Counted from the stretch's first letter, positions 49,625 through 62,600 are shown. The stretch is 64,000 nt of DNA from Neocallimastix sp. 'constans' (GCA_050613775.1 JBODTK010000011.1:620001-684000), one strand, 5' to 3'. A program made the numbers and translations. The notes: a model not told the origin generated them from the letters alone.

Positions 49625-49885
49625 TTTTTTTTTAAATAAATAAATCTATATAATTGTTAAAGTATTTTATTAATATTTTTTTTTAAATAAATAAATCTAT
49701 ATAATTGTTAAAGTATTTTATTAATATTTTTTTTAAATAAATAAATCTATATAATTGTTAAAGTATTTTATTCATATTTTTTTTAAATAAATAAATCTAT
49801 ATAATTGTTAAAGTATTTTATTAATATTTTTTTTAAATAAATAAATCTATATAATTGTTAAAGTATTTTATTAATATTTTTTTTT
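49625..49885. repeat. Subterminal tandem repeat of the MULE, about 5 copies of ~50 nt
   Basis: TTTTTTAAATAAATAAATCTATATAATTGTTAAAGTATTTTATTAATA repeated. Confidence 0.9.
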
Positions 49886-50761
49886 TAAAATAAACCTTTT
49901 AATTGTTTGAATATTTTATTTTATTTTTTTTTTTTTGTAAAAAAATATTTATTTTTATTTAACCATTATAATTTATTTAATTATTCACTTAATAAATTTT
50001 AAGAAAAAAATTACAAATTAATATAACTATTAATTTAAAAAGCCTCAAAATTTGATATATCACGTGAAAAAAATTGGCTTTTTGGACCTCTCCCTAAAAA
50101 TATTTATTATAAATTGTTCATGAAAAATTTTACTTTTCAATTAAATTTTTATAATATGTTATTTTAAATATATTAAATTATATACTAATAATATTTTACA
50201 ATATATTCTAATATATAGTGTAATAATTTTAATTTTATATTTTTATATATTATAATATTTATTAAATTTTTAATTATAATATTTTTTTTTTTATAATATA
50301 CTATCAATTTATAAATATTATTTTTATTATTAATATATATATATATAATTATTATAATTAAGCTGTTGGAAATATATAGGGTATTTCACATCATAATTTA
50401 ATAATTAATATAATAATCTATTATTAATCTGTTGGGAATATATAGAGTATTATTTAATAATATTGATTATTGCATTTATATTTTTAATTTTAATAATATT
50501 TATTTTGTATATCATTTGCTATTATAATTAATTTTTATAAATTCTATAATTCTTATAAAAATATTTTTATTAATTATTGACATTTTTATATATTGTTTGA
50601 TTGTAATTTATTAGTTAGTTTATAGTCATTCAATTTTATTTAATAATTTTTATTATACTTATTCAATTTTGGTTAAAACTATAAGTGAATCTTGGGGAAC
50701 AGAGAGCTTATAGACTTCCCTCCGACCTTAAGTTTAGCTACTAGTAGTAGATATATTTGGG

Positions 50762-50771
50762 TTCTCCACCA
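50762..50771 (-). promoter_or_regulatory. Probable tRNA-Ala primer-binding site after an LTR-like end (...TGTTTCA)
   Basis: Minus strand TGTTTCA-A-TGGTGGAGAA; shares TGGTGGAGA with the PBS at 57370; followed by a GC-richer leader. Confidence 0.6.
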
Positions 50772-51242
50772 TTGAAACAGATTGAAAATAAAGTTAATTT
50801 AGTAATTTCTTACTAAAAGTCTTTGTTCTCATGTTCAAATATAACTAGATATACTAGTTAATAAAAAAAATAAAAGTAATTTTAATTTTATTTAAATATT
50901 TTATTAAGTAATTAAAAATAATTAATCAATTAATCAATTAGTTATTGATTTATTAATAAATTTTGTTTTATTAAAATTATAATTTATTAAAAAAAATAAT
51001 CATTTTAAAATATTATTATTATTATTATCTAATTTTTATAATGGCTAATTAGGAACAATTTTTAAAACTATTAATTTTTATTTCTATTTATATTAATTTT
51101 TATATTTATACTCTGTTTATAAATAATAAATTAACTATTAATAATAAACAATTAAATAAACAATTATTGTTTATTTTATATTATTTTAATCTAATTATTA
51201 TTAATTATGTATTATTTAAATATTTAATATTTTTATAATATA

Positions 51243-52302
51243 CAAATCAATGAGCTCAGAACAGAATTAAACAATAACATAGCGCCTGCGGGAACTACAG
51301 CTGTAAAGGCTATAGAACAAAATGAAGATACTAGAAGGGTCATAGATAAACAAGCTAAAGAAGAAAATAATAAACTTACTGAATTCTTCAACGAGTTCGA
51401 TACAAGAGCCTCTCAATTTCAAAATGAAATCACCGGACTTAGTCAAGAAAATAAAAAGCTATTTGATATGATTCAATCAGTTGCTGGAACAGCCCTCACA
51501 AGCAAGGACTTACAAGAAGTAGCTACTTTAAAAAATATTGATGATATAAATAAAAGAATTGTGGACTATTATTCAAAACTCGAAAATACGAGAAATACAA
51601 TCATTTCTTTAACAAAGGAAAGTTCACAAGAGCAAACTAATGCTATATTAACATTGTGCGGCAACTTGGAAAAGGGCTTAAACCAGCATCAAAAGAAATT
51701 TGAATATTTCTTGAAAAACCTCCATATCGACTATAATAAGGCCTTGGAATCAATTAAAGATATTACGGTAAAAGCTATAGCAGATACTAAACGATACTAA
51801 ACTTCCGGAAAAATTAGTGTTAACGACCAACCTCGATCCAAACACTAATAAAGCCTTCGAGGAAATTTTGGAAAACATTTCCAACTTTGCATCTCAATTC
51901 ACCGTTTCATTACAAGCCTTCCAACAACAGATGGAAAAATACAAAAGTTATCATACAGGAACAAATGAGGATATCTTAAAAACTCTTGCTTTGTGTAACG
52001 ATACAATTAACTTTTATAAGAACTTTACTACGAAATACGAAACATTTCCTTCAGCTAAAGATGGTCAACTTCTATCTAAGTTAATAACTAACGCTATAGA
52101 TGATGTATTCGCACGTATTGAAAATGTTATACCTACTAACACTACCGTTATCCCATCAAACATCAACAACAAAGAAATATTCCGTTACAACCTTTACCTT
52201 GATACTATAGCTAGGTATCCCAAGACAGCTGTACTCTTCGACTTTAAAATGGATTCTAATGGTTTTATTTCTGATATTTCTATCAAGAAGAAATGTTTAT
52301 AA
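51243..52302 (+). pseudogene. About 350-aa predicted alpha-helical/coiled-coil ORF broken by a 10-bp duplication; function unknown
   Basis: Frame open from at least 51243 (QINELRTELNN...) through ORF 51468-51800; tandem GATACTAAAC x2 (51783-51802) shifts into ORF 51817-52302. Confidence 0.75.
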
Positions 52303-53633
52303 TCTAAAAATTAATTACTTTATTATAATTTAAATATTTATTATTTTTAATGTAAAATTAAATTGAGTGTTTTGGTAATATTATTGTAAAATTAAATTGA
52401 ATGTTTAGGTAAGATTCTTGCTATATCTTTCCTAGTTTGGGTTAAATTGGTCAGGTCAAGATGTTTTTTATTAATTATAACGATTTAATTAAATTAAAAT
52501 AATAAATAGCACACACAGAGTTTTATAATTAAGATTTCAATATTTAAGATTTATGTTTTATTAGAACTTTATTTAATATATATTTTAATAATAAATTTTA
52601 ACTAAGATTAATATAAAGAATTATTTATTGTTATAATTAATTCATTAACTTTAAGTTAACACATTAAATTAATAATCTTACAACGAATTCAAAATATATG
52701 GAATTTCAAATCCTTTTTATACTAAACTAAAATAATAATTAACAATATAATTAAATAATACATTTTAATCTTAATATATTCATACATGTATATAAACTAT
52801 ATAAAATATAATAATAAAATAATATTGATAAGTATCTTTTAATAAAATTACTATATAACTTATTCATAAAACAATTTAATAATAAAACTAATTTAATAAT
52901 AAAATATAAAATAAAATAAAATAAAATATTAAAACTAATTAAAAATTCTCTTTCGGAAATCTTTAGAATGATAAAGAATTCCTTAGAATCTTTTAGAAAT
53001 AATTGAATAAAAATATATAATAATAAAATATATAAAACTTATAAAACTTATTTAAAATATTATAAAATTATTACTAATAACTAATTCTGTATTATTAATT
53101 AATAATACAAATTAATAATATAATTTCCAAGTTAAGAGATTTATCTAATATAAATTTCTTAATAATTTAGGGTCTTAATTAAATAATTAAATTATATTTT
53201 TATATTTAAATATCTTTAAAGTCCAATATCTCGTTATCTAGTTGTCCAATAAGGTTGATTTTAACATATATTGTAGTTCTCGTCCGTAGCTTTCTAATAA
53301 ATATAATTTTAGCGAGAATATCAATATAATATTTCCATTATTTGTTGAGTTATCGTTGTTTTTCTTCATGTTAATTTTTATCAAATTCTTAAGGGTTAAA
53401 TTAAATTAAATTATCTTTAATAAATAAGTCCAAACCCTTTGGTTTCTAATTATTTAATGTTTCTAATATTTATTTTTATAATTAAAATCGAATTAAAATA
53501 ATTTTTGTCAATAACTAAATTAAATTTCAATTGATCTAATAGTGAATTTTAACTTCAAATCCACTAGTATTCGTGACATTTAAATTCCGTTTTATAATTA
53601 TTTTTTATTTTTAATTTTCATTCTTTATCAAAG

Positions 53634-54097
53634 TGATACGATATTTTATTTATGTATATAAATTAATATTTATTTATGGGCAATGACAATAAGGAATTAT
53701 GACAAAATAATACATTCTAATATTAAATAGAAATAACACATACAATAATACAAAATAAAGTAATAAATATATCTTTTTAATGTACTCTTTATTTATTATT
53801 AATTATTAATTATTACATCAATTATTATTATTACTCTCTTATATAAATATTAAAATTAATTATCTCAAATATATATAATATCTCTTTTAAACTATACTAA
53901 AATAAAATATAAAAATAGCTATTTATGTGAATTAATTTATAATAAGTATAAACTTATAAATAAAAGAATTCCCCGTTTAATAATTATTATTATAAAATTA
54001 TATATTGTTATAAAATTATTGCTGACCAATAATATTTAAGTATTTCTTTAATCTAAAGAATCTACCTAAATATCATATTTATAGTGGTTACGTATCA
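53634..54097. mobile_element. Solo-LTR-like unit
   Basis: Perfect 7-bp inverted ends TGATACG...CGTATCA, flanked by AAAG on both sides. Confidence 0.6.
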
Positions 54098-54101
54098 AAA
54101 G

Positions 54102-54460
54102 TGATACGGGCTGGGGTTGAAACACTAAGATATTCAAAACAAAAAAAAAATAAATATTAACACATAACTATAAAAATAAATTTGGAAACAAGAAAAAAAA
54201 TTAAATTTTAAAATATTCTTTATTTAAATTTAAAATTAAAATTATTTGTTCCAAGTATTAAAAAGAAAGAAATTTATTCTTCTTTTTATACTTTTATTTT
54301 AATACATTTTATTTATTATTAATATATTCTTTATAAAAAAAAACTATTATAACTATTTTATTTTAATTTTTAACTATTATTTTAAATTATTCTAATAAAA
54401 AAAAAAAAAAAATAACATTTATTAAATTAAAATATAAAAATTAATTTAGAGATTGTATCA
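54102..54460 (-). mobile_element. Solo-LTR-like unit
   Basis: TGATAC...GTATCA ends; minus-strand end AGCCCGTATCA resembles the LTR end AGTCCCGTATATCA at 57302-57315. Confidence 0.55.
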
Positions 54461-54490
54461 CGAAGGGCATTCCGGGCGGTAGCTTCTTCT

Positions 54491-54779
54491 TGATATTGTT
54501 TTCAGAGAGAGAATTATGCAGAATTGATATTTTCTGTATTTTAGATCATTTTTATTATTGAAATTCTTCTGTATTTTAGATCATTTTTATTTTAATAAAG
54601 ATTTAATTTATTTTTGATTTTTGATTTATTTTTAGTTTATTTCAAAGGTTTAGAAAATATTATACAGAAATTTATAATTCTGTATTTTATATCAAATATT
54701 TATTGAAATAGGTTTTTATTGTTAATTAAATATAACGATACTATTAAAAATTAGTATCACATAAAAGTCCCGCATATCA
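54491..54779 (+). mobile_element. LTR-like unit related to the 56933 LTR
   Basis: TGATAT...ATATCA ends; last 44 nt (54736-54779) match 57321-57364 except for 2 nt; preceded by CGAAGGGCATTCC, similar to CGAGGGCATTTC before the 3' LTR at 63956. Confidence 0.65.
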
Positions 54780-54782
54780 ATA

Positions 54783-55417
54783 TGACAATCACGTGTTTAC
54801 ATTATTTAATATATATTAATTTCAATATGTAAATAATAATATAATAATTATTATTAAATTAACTTTATTAAAATATTTAGGAAATGGTCTAGACCAACTA
54901 ATTTGATAAGGTTCAGTTAAGAAATTAATTTTATACACTTAAAGAGAGGTTTTAAGTATAGTTTTCTTTTAAGATCTTTTTATTTATTTATTATATGTTT
55001 ATGAACTATTTTTGCTCCTTGAGCAATTAAACATTTTTTGTACTATTTATACTTTATCTTAATTATAAATTTTATATTATTATAACATATGATTTTTACT
55101 ATGAAATATATAAATTATATTAAGGAGTAAATATCAGGTGTTATAATAATATTCTCTAATAAAATTCCTATTCTTAATAAATGTTATAAAATTACTATTT
55201 TTCTATATGAACTATAATAAAATATTTCCTAAACTCTAATTAATATATTTTTCATATTTACTATTTATCTATTTGTTTTACATTAATTTCTTACATTTTG
55301 TATTCATTAATTTCATTTAATACGTAATTATTATTTACATTTATATTTTATAATTATTTTATGATATTTTTACACATTTTCTTATTTTATTATCATTTCA
55401 TATCATTTCTCCCTCCT
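54783..55417 (-). mobile_element. PPT and probable 3' LTR of the minus-strand Gypsy element
   Basis: Ten nt after the integrase stop: PPT AGGAGGGAGAAA (55417-55406), then TGATA at 55405; candidate end ...TGTCA at 54783. Confidence 0.6.
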
Positions 55418-55427
55418 ATAACACAAC

Positions 55428-56923
55428 TTACTCTAAAGTTGTCTTATTTTTTTGAACATTTTTAAGATGAACAGGTCTTTCAAGAACTAAACCTGTATCT
55501 GGGTCCGCTAGTTTTACCGCATTAAAATGTTTTCCAATAACCTTATAAGGGCCTACAAAATATGGATCTAATTTAAATCTACTGAAATTTTGTACTTTTA
55601 CCAGATCATTTTTCCTAATAGTATTTTGTTTATTATTTCTAAAGTTTTCATTCCTTTCTTCTTCCCATTTCTTATTAGTTTTTTTCATATTTTGGCTTGC
55701 TTCTAAAACCCATTTATAATGATTGCAAAATTTTTCCAATAATTTTTCTTCATTTGTGGCTTGTACATTAGATGTTGGTAATGTTGTGGCTAATTCGAAT
55801 GGTTGTTGGTCAATTCTTCCATATACCAACTCAAAACTGGAATGTTTGGTGGCTGTATTCCTGGAAGTTCTTAGAGCCCATAAAGCAGATGGTAACACTA
55901 TATCCCAATCTTTTTCCTTTTGACCTAAAAGGCGTAAATATTTCCCAATTTCCCTATTTCTATTTTCCGTCATACCATTAGTTTCTGGATGATATGTAGT
56001 TGAAAAATGAATGTATACATCATATAAGTCCAAAAATATTCTTGTTAATTCTGAATTAAATTGTGGACCGTTATCTGTAGTTACTACTTGTGGCGTGCCA
56101 TGTCTTGCAAACACTCTACTTAAGAAATATATTACATCTTTTGAAGTGACAGTAGCCAAAGGCTCTGCTTCTACCCACTTAGTGAAATAATCAACTATCA
56201 CTATGATATATTGATTATTTCTTTCAGTAATAGGTAATGGGCCAATAATGTCCATGCCTAAATGTATGAAAGGACCCTCGACTGGAGTGGCGTAGCGTTC
56301 TGTGGCGTCAACAGATTTATTATTTTTACATAATTGGCATTTAGAGCATAATTGAATGGTTGCTTTAACATCATTACTCATACCTTTCCAGTAGTAGTGT
56401 CTCTTTAATCGTTGATACGTCTTGTCAAAACCCTCATGACCAATCTTGTGGGCTTCCCAGATAAGCTTTATTCTTTCTTCATATTCTTCTACAATTCTTC
56501 GGTAAGTTCCATTATCTCTGAAATATTTCTTATTATCAATTTCAAATATTTTATCTTTGATAAATTTCTTTAAGAATTCAGTGTTTTCTTCATCATCTTC
56601 TTCTAAATTTAATGAATTTATTACTGTATCATCATCTATATTAATAATTGTATGAGATACTAAAGGAGTCACATGATCATTCAAAGAATCAAAAATTTTT
56701 TTATAATTTAATGTATTTAAATTTTTTATGTTTTGACGTTTATTATGATAGTTCTCGACTTCATACCACATTGCATATACTACGTCTTTACGTGTCGGTT
56801 TGCTTCCAGAATGGATATTTAAACTTTCTAAGATATTACTAAAATCAAGGTTTGTATATTTTGGTTTATTATTATCTAAAATATTCGATAAATTATGTCG
56901 AAATGCAATACTCCCTAATATAT
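55428..56923 (-). CDS. pol: Ty3/Gypsy pol fragment: integrase (HHCC zinc finger, DD35E), truncated upstream
   Basis: AHKIGH...CSKC, GMDIIGP, VDYFTKW, TDNGPQF, NGMTE, GPY; frame stays open about 50 codons above ATG 56771 and ends just before the + LTR at 56933. Confidence 0.93.
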
Positions 56924-56932
56924 ATTAAATAA

Positions 56933-57364
56933 TGATATAAAACAAATATGTGTAGTAACATATTTGTATATTTAATAATAATTATTAAATATTAAATTTA
57001 TATCTTTTTGATATTAATTATTTTATTTTATTTTATTTCAATATATATTATTATAATTATAATAATTATAATACTTTAATTCATATAAAATTTATATAGT
57101 TCTATATATTAAAATATGTATTTAATATATTACCTATTTCTTATAAATTAAATTATTTATATTAGAAATAGAGAACTCTCTTGTAAAATTTTTAGGAATT
57201 AGAATTATTATTTTAATTGTACGAATATTATAATATTATTAATAAAATTTACTAAACTACCATTATTTAAAACCCACTGCTTATAAATTATTGCACATAA
57301 AAGTCCCGTATATCAAAAATCGATACTATTAAAAATTAGTAGCACATAAAAGTCCCGCATATCA
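56933..57364 (+). repeat. 5' LTR
   Basis: TGATA...TATCA; first 45 nt match 63956-64000 with one mismatch; followed by the PBS. Confidence 0.9.
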
Positions 57365-57369
57365 AAAAT

Positions 57370-57388
57370 TGGTGGAGATATCGGGGAT
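57370..57388 (+). promoter_or_regulatory. Primer-binding site complementary to a tRNA-Ala 3' end
   Basis: TGGTGGAGATATCGGGGAT fits the ...AUCCCC(N)3AUCUCCACCA 3' end typical of tRNA-Ala; 5 nt after the LTR. Confidence 0.85.
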
Positions 57389-57917
57389 GTGCAATAGTGT
57401 TGTTATATTGTTTTAAAAAAAAAAAAAAAAATAAATTTGAGGATTAATTATACATATTAAATATTATTATATTTTGTTTTTTTTTTATAATTGGTTATTG
57501 AGCTGAGATTGGTTATAATTAATAATAATAAATCATTAAATAACACAAAACTAATTTAAATTATTAAAAGGATATATAATTAGAGACAACTGGGAATTCG
57601 GACCAGAATAAAAACGAACAAGTCTTTAATTTTCCTTTATATTAAAATTATTAAAATAGGATTAGTTATAATTGCTTAGTAATAATATTTTAGTTGAATA
57701 GTAATAATAATAATTATATAAAAAAAAAAAAAAAAAAAAAAATAATAATATAATTATTCTATATATAGGATAATAATTATTTGTATATAATATTAATAAA
57801 GTAGAGTTAGCAATAACAAAATAAAAAAAATAAAAGAGTAGAATAATAAATTATTTCACAATAGAATTATAAAAAAAAAAAAAAAAAAAATTTAAAATAA
57901 AATAAGAGATTAGTAAT

Positions 57918-57960
<43 letters not shown>

Positions 57961-58123
57961 ATATTTTCATATTTATTAATAACTAGGAATAGGATATAAA
58001 ATAAAATAAAATAAAATAAATATAGAAAGTGTTAATGGTATTTATTATTAATTATTAAACCAAAACGCAATAACGAATTAAATAAAAAAAAAAAAAAAAA
58101 AAAAAAATATTTAACTTTCTTTT

Positions 58124-58126
58124 ATG

Positions 58127-58160
<34 letters not shown>

Positions 58161-59179
58161 AACATATTAGTAGTGATTATAATAGTATCAACAGCACTAT
58201 GTCAGACGTAGATACAAAAACTCTTCCAAGGATTGGTGGATCTCGTAGGGATGCGGAACTTTGGAAATTTAGGATCAATGACTGGTTTAAGAGAGAAGGC
58301 ATTACTACTGATGAAAATAAATTTAGTTATATTATTGCCGCTGCTGAAGACGACATTGTAAGAGTATTGAAAGAAAAAGAAGCAGAAGTAAATAAACCTC
58401 TTACATTAGATGAATGTGTAAAACTAATAAAGAAAAAGTATTGGAGAGAAAACCAAAAAGATAATAAATTACGTCAATTAAAACGTATTATTATCGAACC
58501 AAACGAAACCGTATATGATTTCAATACCAGGTATTTAGAATTATACGACCTACTAGAGACAGAGGATAGAGCATCTATTTCGGTTATAGATTATGAAAAT
58601 GCTCTTAGACCTAGGACTCAGATTTATACTAAAATAGCTATGGAGGAATGTGATTCCCTAGAAGACGCTTGTAGTAAAGCAGAAAAATATGAGAAAATAT
58701 TACAGGAATCACATTACAATAGGAATAATAGGAGGAATGAAAGAAATAATAATTATAGCATTTATTCCCCTATGAATCAACCTGTCCCTAATCTTGTAAA
58801 TAATTCCAATAATTCATGGAAAAGAAATGGTCTGAATTTTAGAAACAATAGGAATACTTCCACGAACATGCCTACCAATTTCATTCATCGAAATAATCAT
58901 AATATGCCAAATAATTTTAATAATAATGGAATCAATAACCCATATAATATAAATAATAATTATTTAAATAATAGAAACAATAATAATTATAAAATTAATA
59001 ACAATCAAATACCTAATAATGATGGAATGGATGACTTGGTAAATAGAATGCAGAACTTACAGATTAAAACATGCTATTTCTGTAACCAACCTGGTCATCT
59101 TGTTAAGGATTGTACTGAATTAGCCAAAATTAAACAAGATCCAAATTTTATAAATTATTTTAATTTACAAAAAAACTGA
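58124..59179 (+). CDS. gag: Gag with CCHC zinc knuckle
   Basis: 351-aa ORF after the PBS; ETVYDFNTRY capsid-like motif; CYFCNQPGHLVKDC. Confidence 0.9.
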
Positions 59180-59217
59180 ATGATGGAAGAAGGCAAACTT
59201 CCCATAATCAAATTGCC
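59170..59217 (+). promoter_or_regulatory. -1 ribosomal frameshift signal: slippery heptamer and H-type pseudoknot
   Basis: A AAA AAC (59170-59176), 8-nt spacer, S1 GGAAG/CTTCC, S2 GGCAA/TTGCC; the -1 frame is open into the protease ORF. Confidence 0.85.
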
Positions 59218-59623
59218 ACTTCTCCAGTAATAACTGCAGCAACATGGAACAATAATTATGATGCAATTATTGCTGCAGCAAAACGTAGTAGAGATGAAAA
59301 ATATGCATCTCTACCTAAGGCAAAAAGAAATTATAAAAACAATAATAATATTAAAATAAATAATAACAATTACAATAACAATATAAATGAAAATAACAAT
59401 AACGATTTAAAAATAAGTGATAATGTTAACAATAATATCTTATACAATTTACGAAATCGTAAAATCCTAAAACCAAATTTAAATAATAATATTAAGAATA
59501 ATATTAATAATAAAGGAAGCAATAATAATATTAATGAAAATTTAATTAATAATAATTCAAGTAATTATAATATCAATAATGATACATCCAACTTGACTAC
59601 AAATAATAATAATAATAATAATA

Positions 59624-59666
<43 letters not shown>

Positions 59667-62600
59667 TAATAAAAATAATAAAAATGACACGTTGGAAAAC
59701 AAAATTGACATAGATTCAGTGGAATTAAATATACCTGCATCTAATATTAGTAATAAATTTAACGATAAAAATAATAGTACAAAAATATTGGAACAAAATA
59801 ATAAGAAGGAAAAAACTACTAGGGTAGGACAAATCATTAAATTATTAGAGGGTATTGAACCTTATGATATTATAGAAGAATTACAAAATACCCCAGCAAA
59901 TATTACTTTGGCCCAATTAATAGGTATAAGTAGTGCCCTGCGTTCAGATATCACTAAAAGTTTTAAAAAGGTAAGAACTGAGGATGATGATGCAGTGGTA
60001 GGATGTGCAGAATATCATAATGATATAGAAGAATTTGAAATAGTAAATAATCCTACCCACTGCTACGCTACAAGAGAAATTCAAGAACACGATATTGCTA
60101 TTGTCAATGGTACAGTTAATGGTCATTCTGCTGCTGTATTAATTGATGGTGGTAGTAATACAAATTTGGTAACCAGAAATTTTCTAAATAAAAATATTAA
60201 AAATTATACCATAGTTGGCTCTACTTCTGGTAGAGTGCATCAGGCATTATCTAATACGGAAGAACGTGTTTATGAAATGGTAAAATTAGAAGTACAAATT
60301 GGTACTCTAAAAATTAATGCAGTCTTTAGAGTATTTGATAATGATGACTCAATATTTGATATAATAATTAATTTAAAAACTCAAGCAGATTATAAATTAT
60401 TAGTAGATGCAGATAGTAAATATTTATACGTAAAAAGTGGTATTAATAATGTTAATGGTGTGTTTACCTTTAGTGCGGTCCCATTGGTTCCTTTAGAAGA
60501 TGTACATGAACTTCATACACAGTGTATGTTTTGTTATATATTAGAGAATAATACTAGTATTAATAATGTAATTAGTACCAATAAAATTAATACAACTAAT
60601 AAAAATTAAATTTTGGAAGAATTAATCAGCAATATGGATATCAAAGATGGAAATTTTAAAAATTAAATTAAATCCATATTAACTTCATATTCAGATGTAA
60701 TAGCTATATCTAGTGATGATTTAGAACCATCCAAATTGCTACCTCATCATATTGAATTACTAGAAGGTAACAAGCCAATAAAACAAAAGGCATATAGGAT
60801 CTCCCGGGTACAACTTTCAGCACTAAAAGAAGAATTAAAAAAATTAATAGATAAAGGATTAATTTCACCTTTTCATTCACCTTGGTCTTCACCTATTGTT
60901 TTAGTACCAAAGAAAAATGGTAGATGGAGACTGTGTATAGATTATAGGTTATTAAATAAAATAACAAAAAAAGATGCTTATGCCATCCCTATAATTCAAG
61001 AAATTTTTGATGCATTAAAAGATGCAGTAATATTTTCTACTATTGATCTTTTTAGTGGGTATCACCAGATACCTATGTATGAAAGCGACCAAGAAATTAC
61101 TTCTTTTACAACTAAATTTGGAAATTATTACTTTAAGGTAATGCCTTTTGGATTGACTAATGCTCCGGCAACCTTCCAACGCGAAATGAATAGGATCTTC
61201 TTTGACTTAATTAATAAATGTGTTCAAATTTATCTTGACGATATTATTGTTTATTCACCATCCATTGAACAACATTTAATCGACCTAACAAATGTATTTA
61301 AAATTCTCAGAAAATTTAAATTAAAAATGAACATTGAGAAATGTCATTTTTGTGTCTTTGAAGTGGGGGCTTTAGGACATACGATTTCAAACAAAGGATT
61401 ATTACCACTAGAAAAGAAGATTGATGCAATAAAGAAATTAGATAATCCTTCTAATGTTACGGAATTACGTTCTTTTCTTGGAATGGTGGGTTACTATAGG
61501 AATTTTATTGAAAATTATGCTACATTAACTTCCCCGTTACGCAAATTACTAAGGAAAAATTCTACTTTTGAATGGACTAATGAGCATACTATTAGTATAG
61601 AAAAATTAAAGGAAGCTCTTTGTCAAGCACCTATTTTGTGTTATCCACGTTATGATAAACCATTTATTATACGCACTGATGCTAGTTATCAAGGAATTGG
61701 TGGTGTTTTATTCAACTATATAATGATGAAATAGAACACCCAGTATTTTATATTAGTCGTTCCCTGCATAAGTCAGAACTTAATTACCCGATAACAGAGT
61801 TAGAAGGTACCACGGCATATTTTTGTGTCAATAAATTCAAACAATATATATTAGGTAATCCGTTTCAGACAATACTGTATACAGATCATCAACCTTTAGT
61901 CCCTATCATTATGAAATGCGAACCTAATACTAGTAAACACGCTCGTTGGTGTGATTTATTCAGTCAACTACAAGTAAAAGTTGTCTACCAACCAGGGAAA
62001 AGGAATATTATTGCTGATGCATTATCTCGCATTAGAAAAAAAGAAAATATTGTAGTAAATGCTATTGTTGAAGACAATAATAATAATTTGGAAAATAATA
62101 TTGAAAATAATAATAATATTGTTGATGAAAATAACGTAGAAATTATTGGTAATAACAATAATGAAGATAATCAATCAAACTTTTTGGACGAAGTCGAAAA
62201 TGAAAAATATATCTCGGAATTCATGAAAAAGTTTTTAAAAGATAGAATTGTTACTATAGATGATAAAACATATATTAGAGATAAAGATAAATTAAGACTG
62301 GTGATAGATGATTATCTAGAAAAGATAAAAATTATCGGAATGGCTCATAGAATCGGCCATGAAGGGTTACAAAAGACGTATGATAGAATTAAGAAAAATT
62401 ACTATTGGAAAAATATGATTTTAGATATAAAAAAATATATATCTATTTGTAAAATATGTCAACTTAATAGATCTGAGCCCCTTTCTAATTTGGTTGAAAT
62501 ATTTCGAACTCCTGTAGAAGCTCCTTTTGTTAGAATGGGCCTAGATATTATTGGACCTTTAAAAACTACTACTAAAGGTAATAAATATATAATTGTTTGT

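Larger units (their letters stand above)
46240..50094 (+). mobile_element. Mutator-like (MULE) DNA transposon with long imperfect TIRs
   Basis: Left GAATGTGGTCCATTTCGCCAATTTTTTT...TTTGTGGCTTTTAAAATT matches the reverse complement of the right end GGGAGAGGTCCAAAAAGCCAATTTTTTT...TTTGAGGCTTTTTAAATT; encloses a transposase; no clean TSD. Confidence 0.75.

Noticed and set aside
60607..60666. RIP-like mutation suggested by two TAA stops in pol
   Set aside because: Too few events and ancestral codons unknown; gag and integrase frames are intact.
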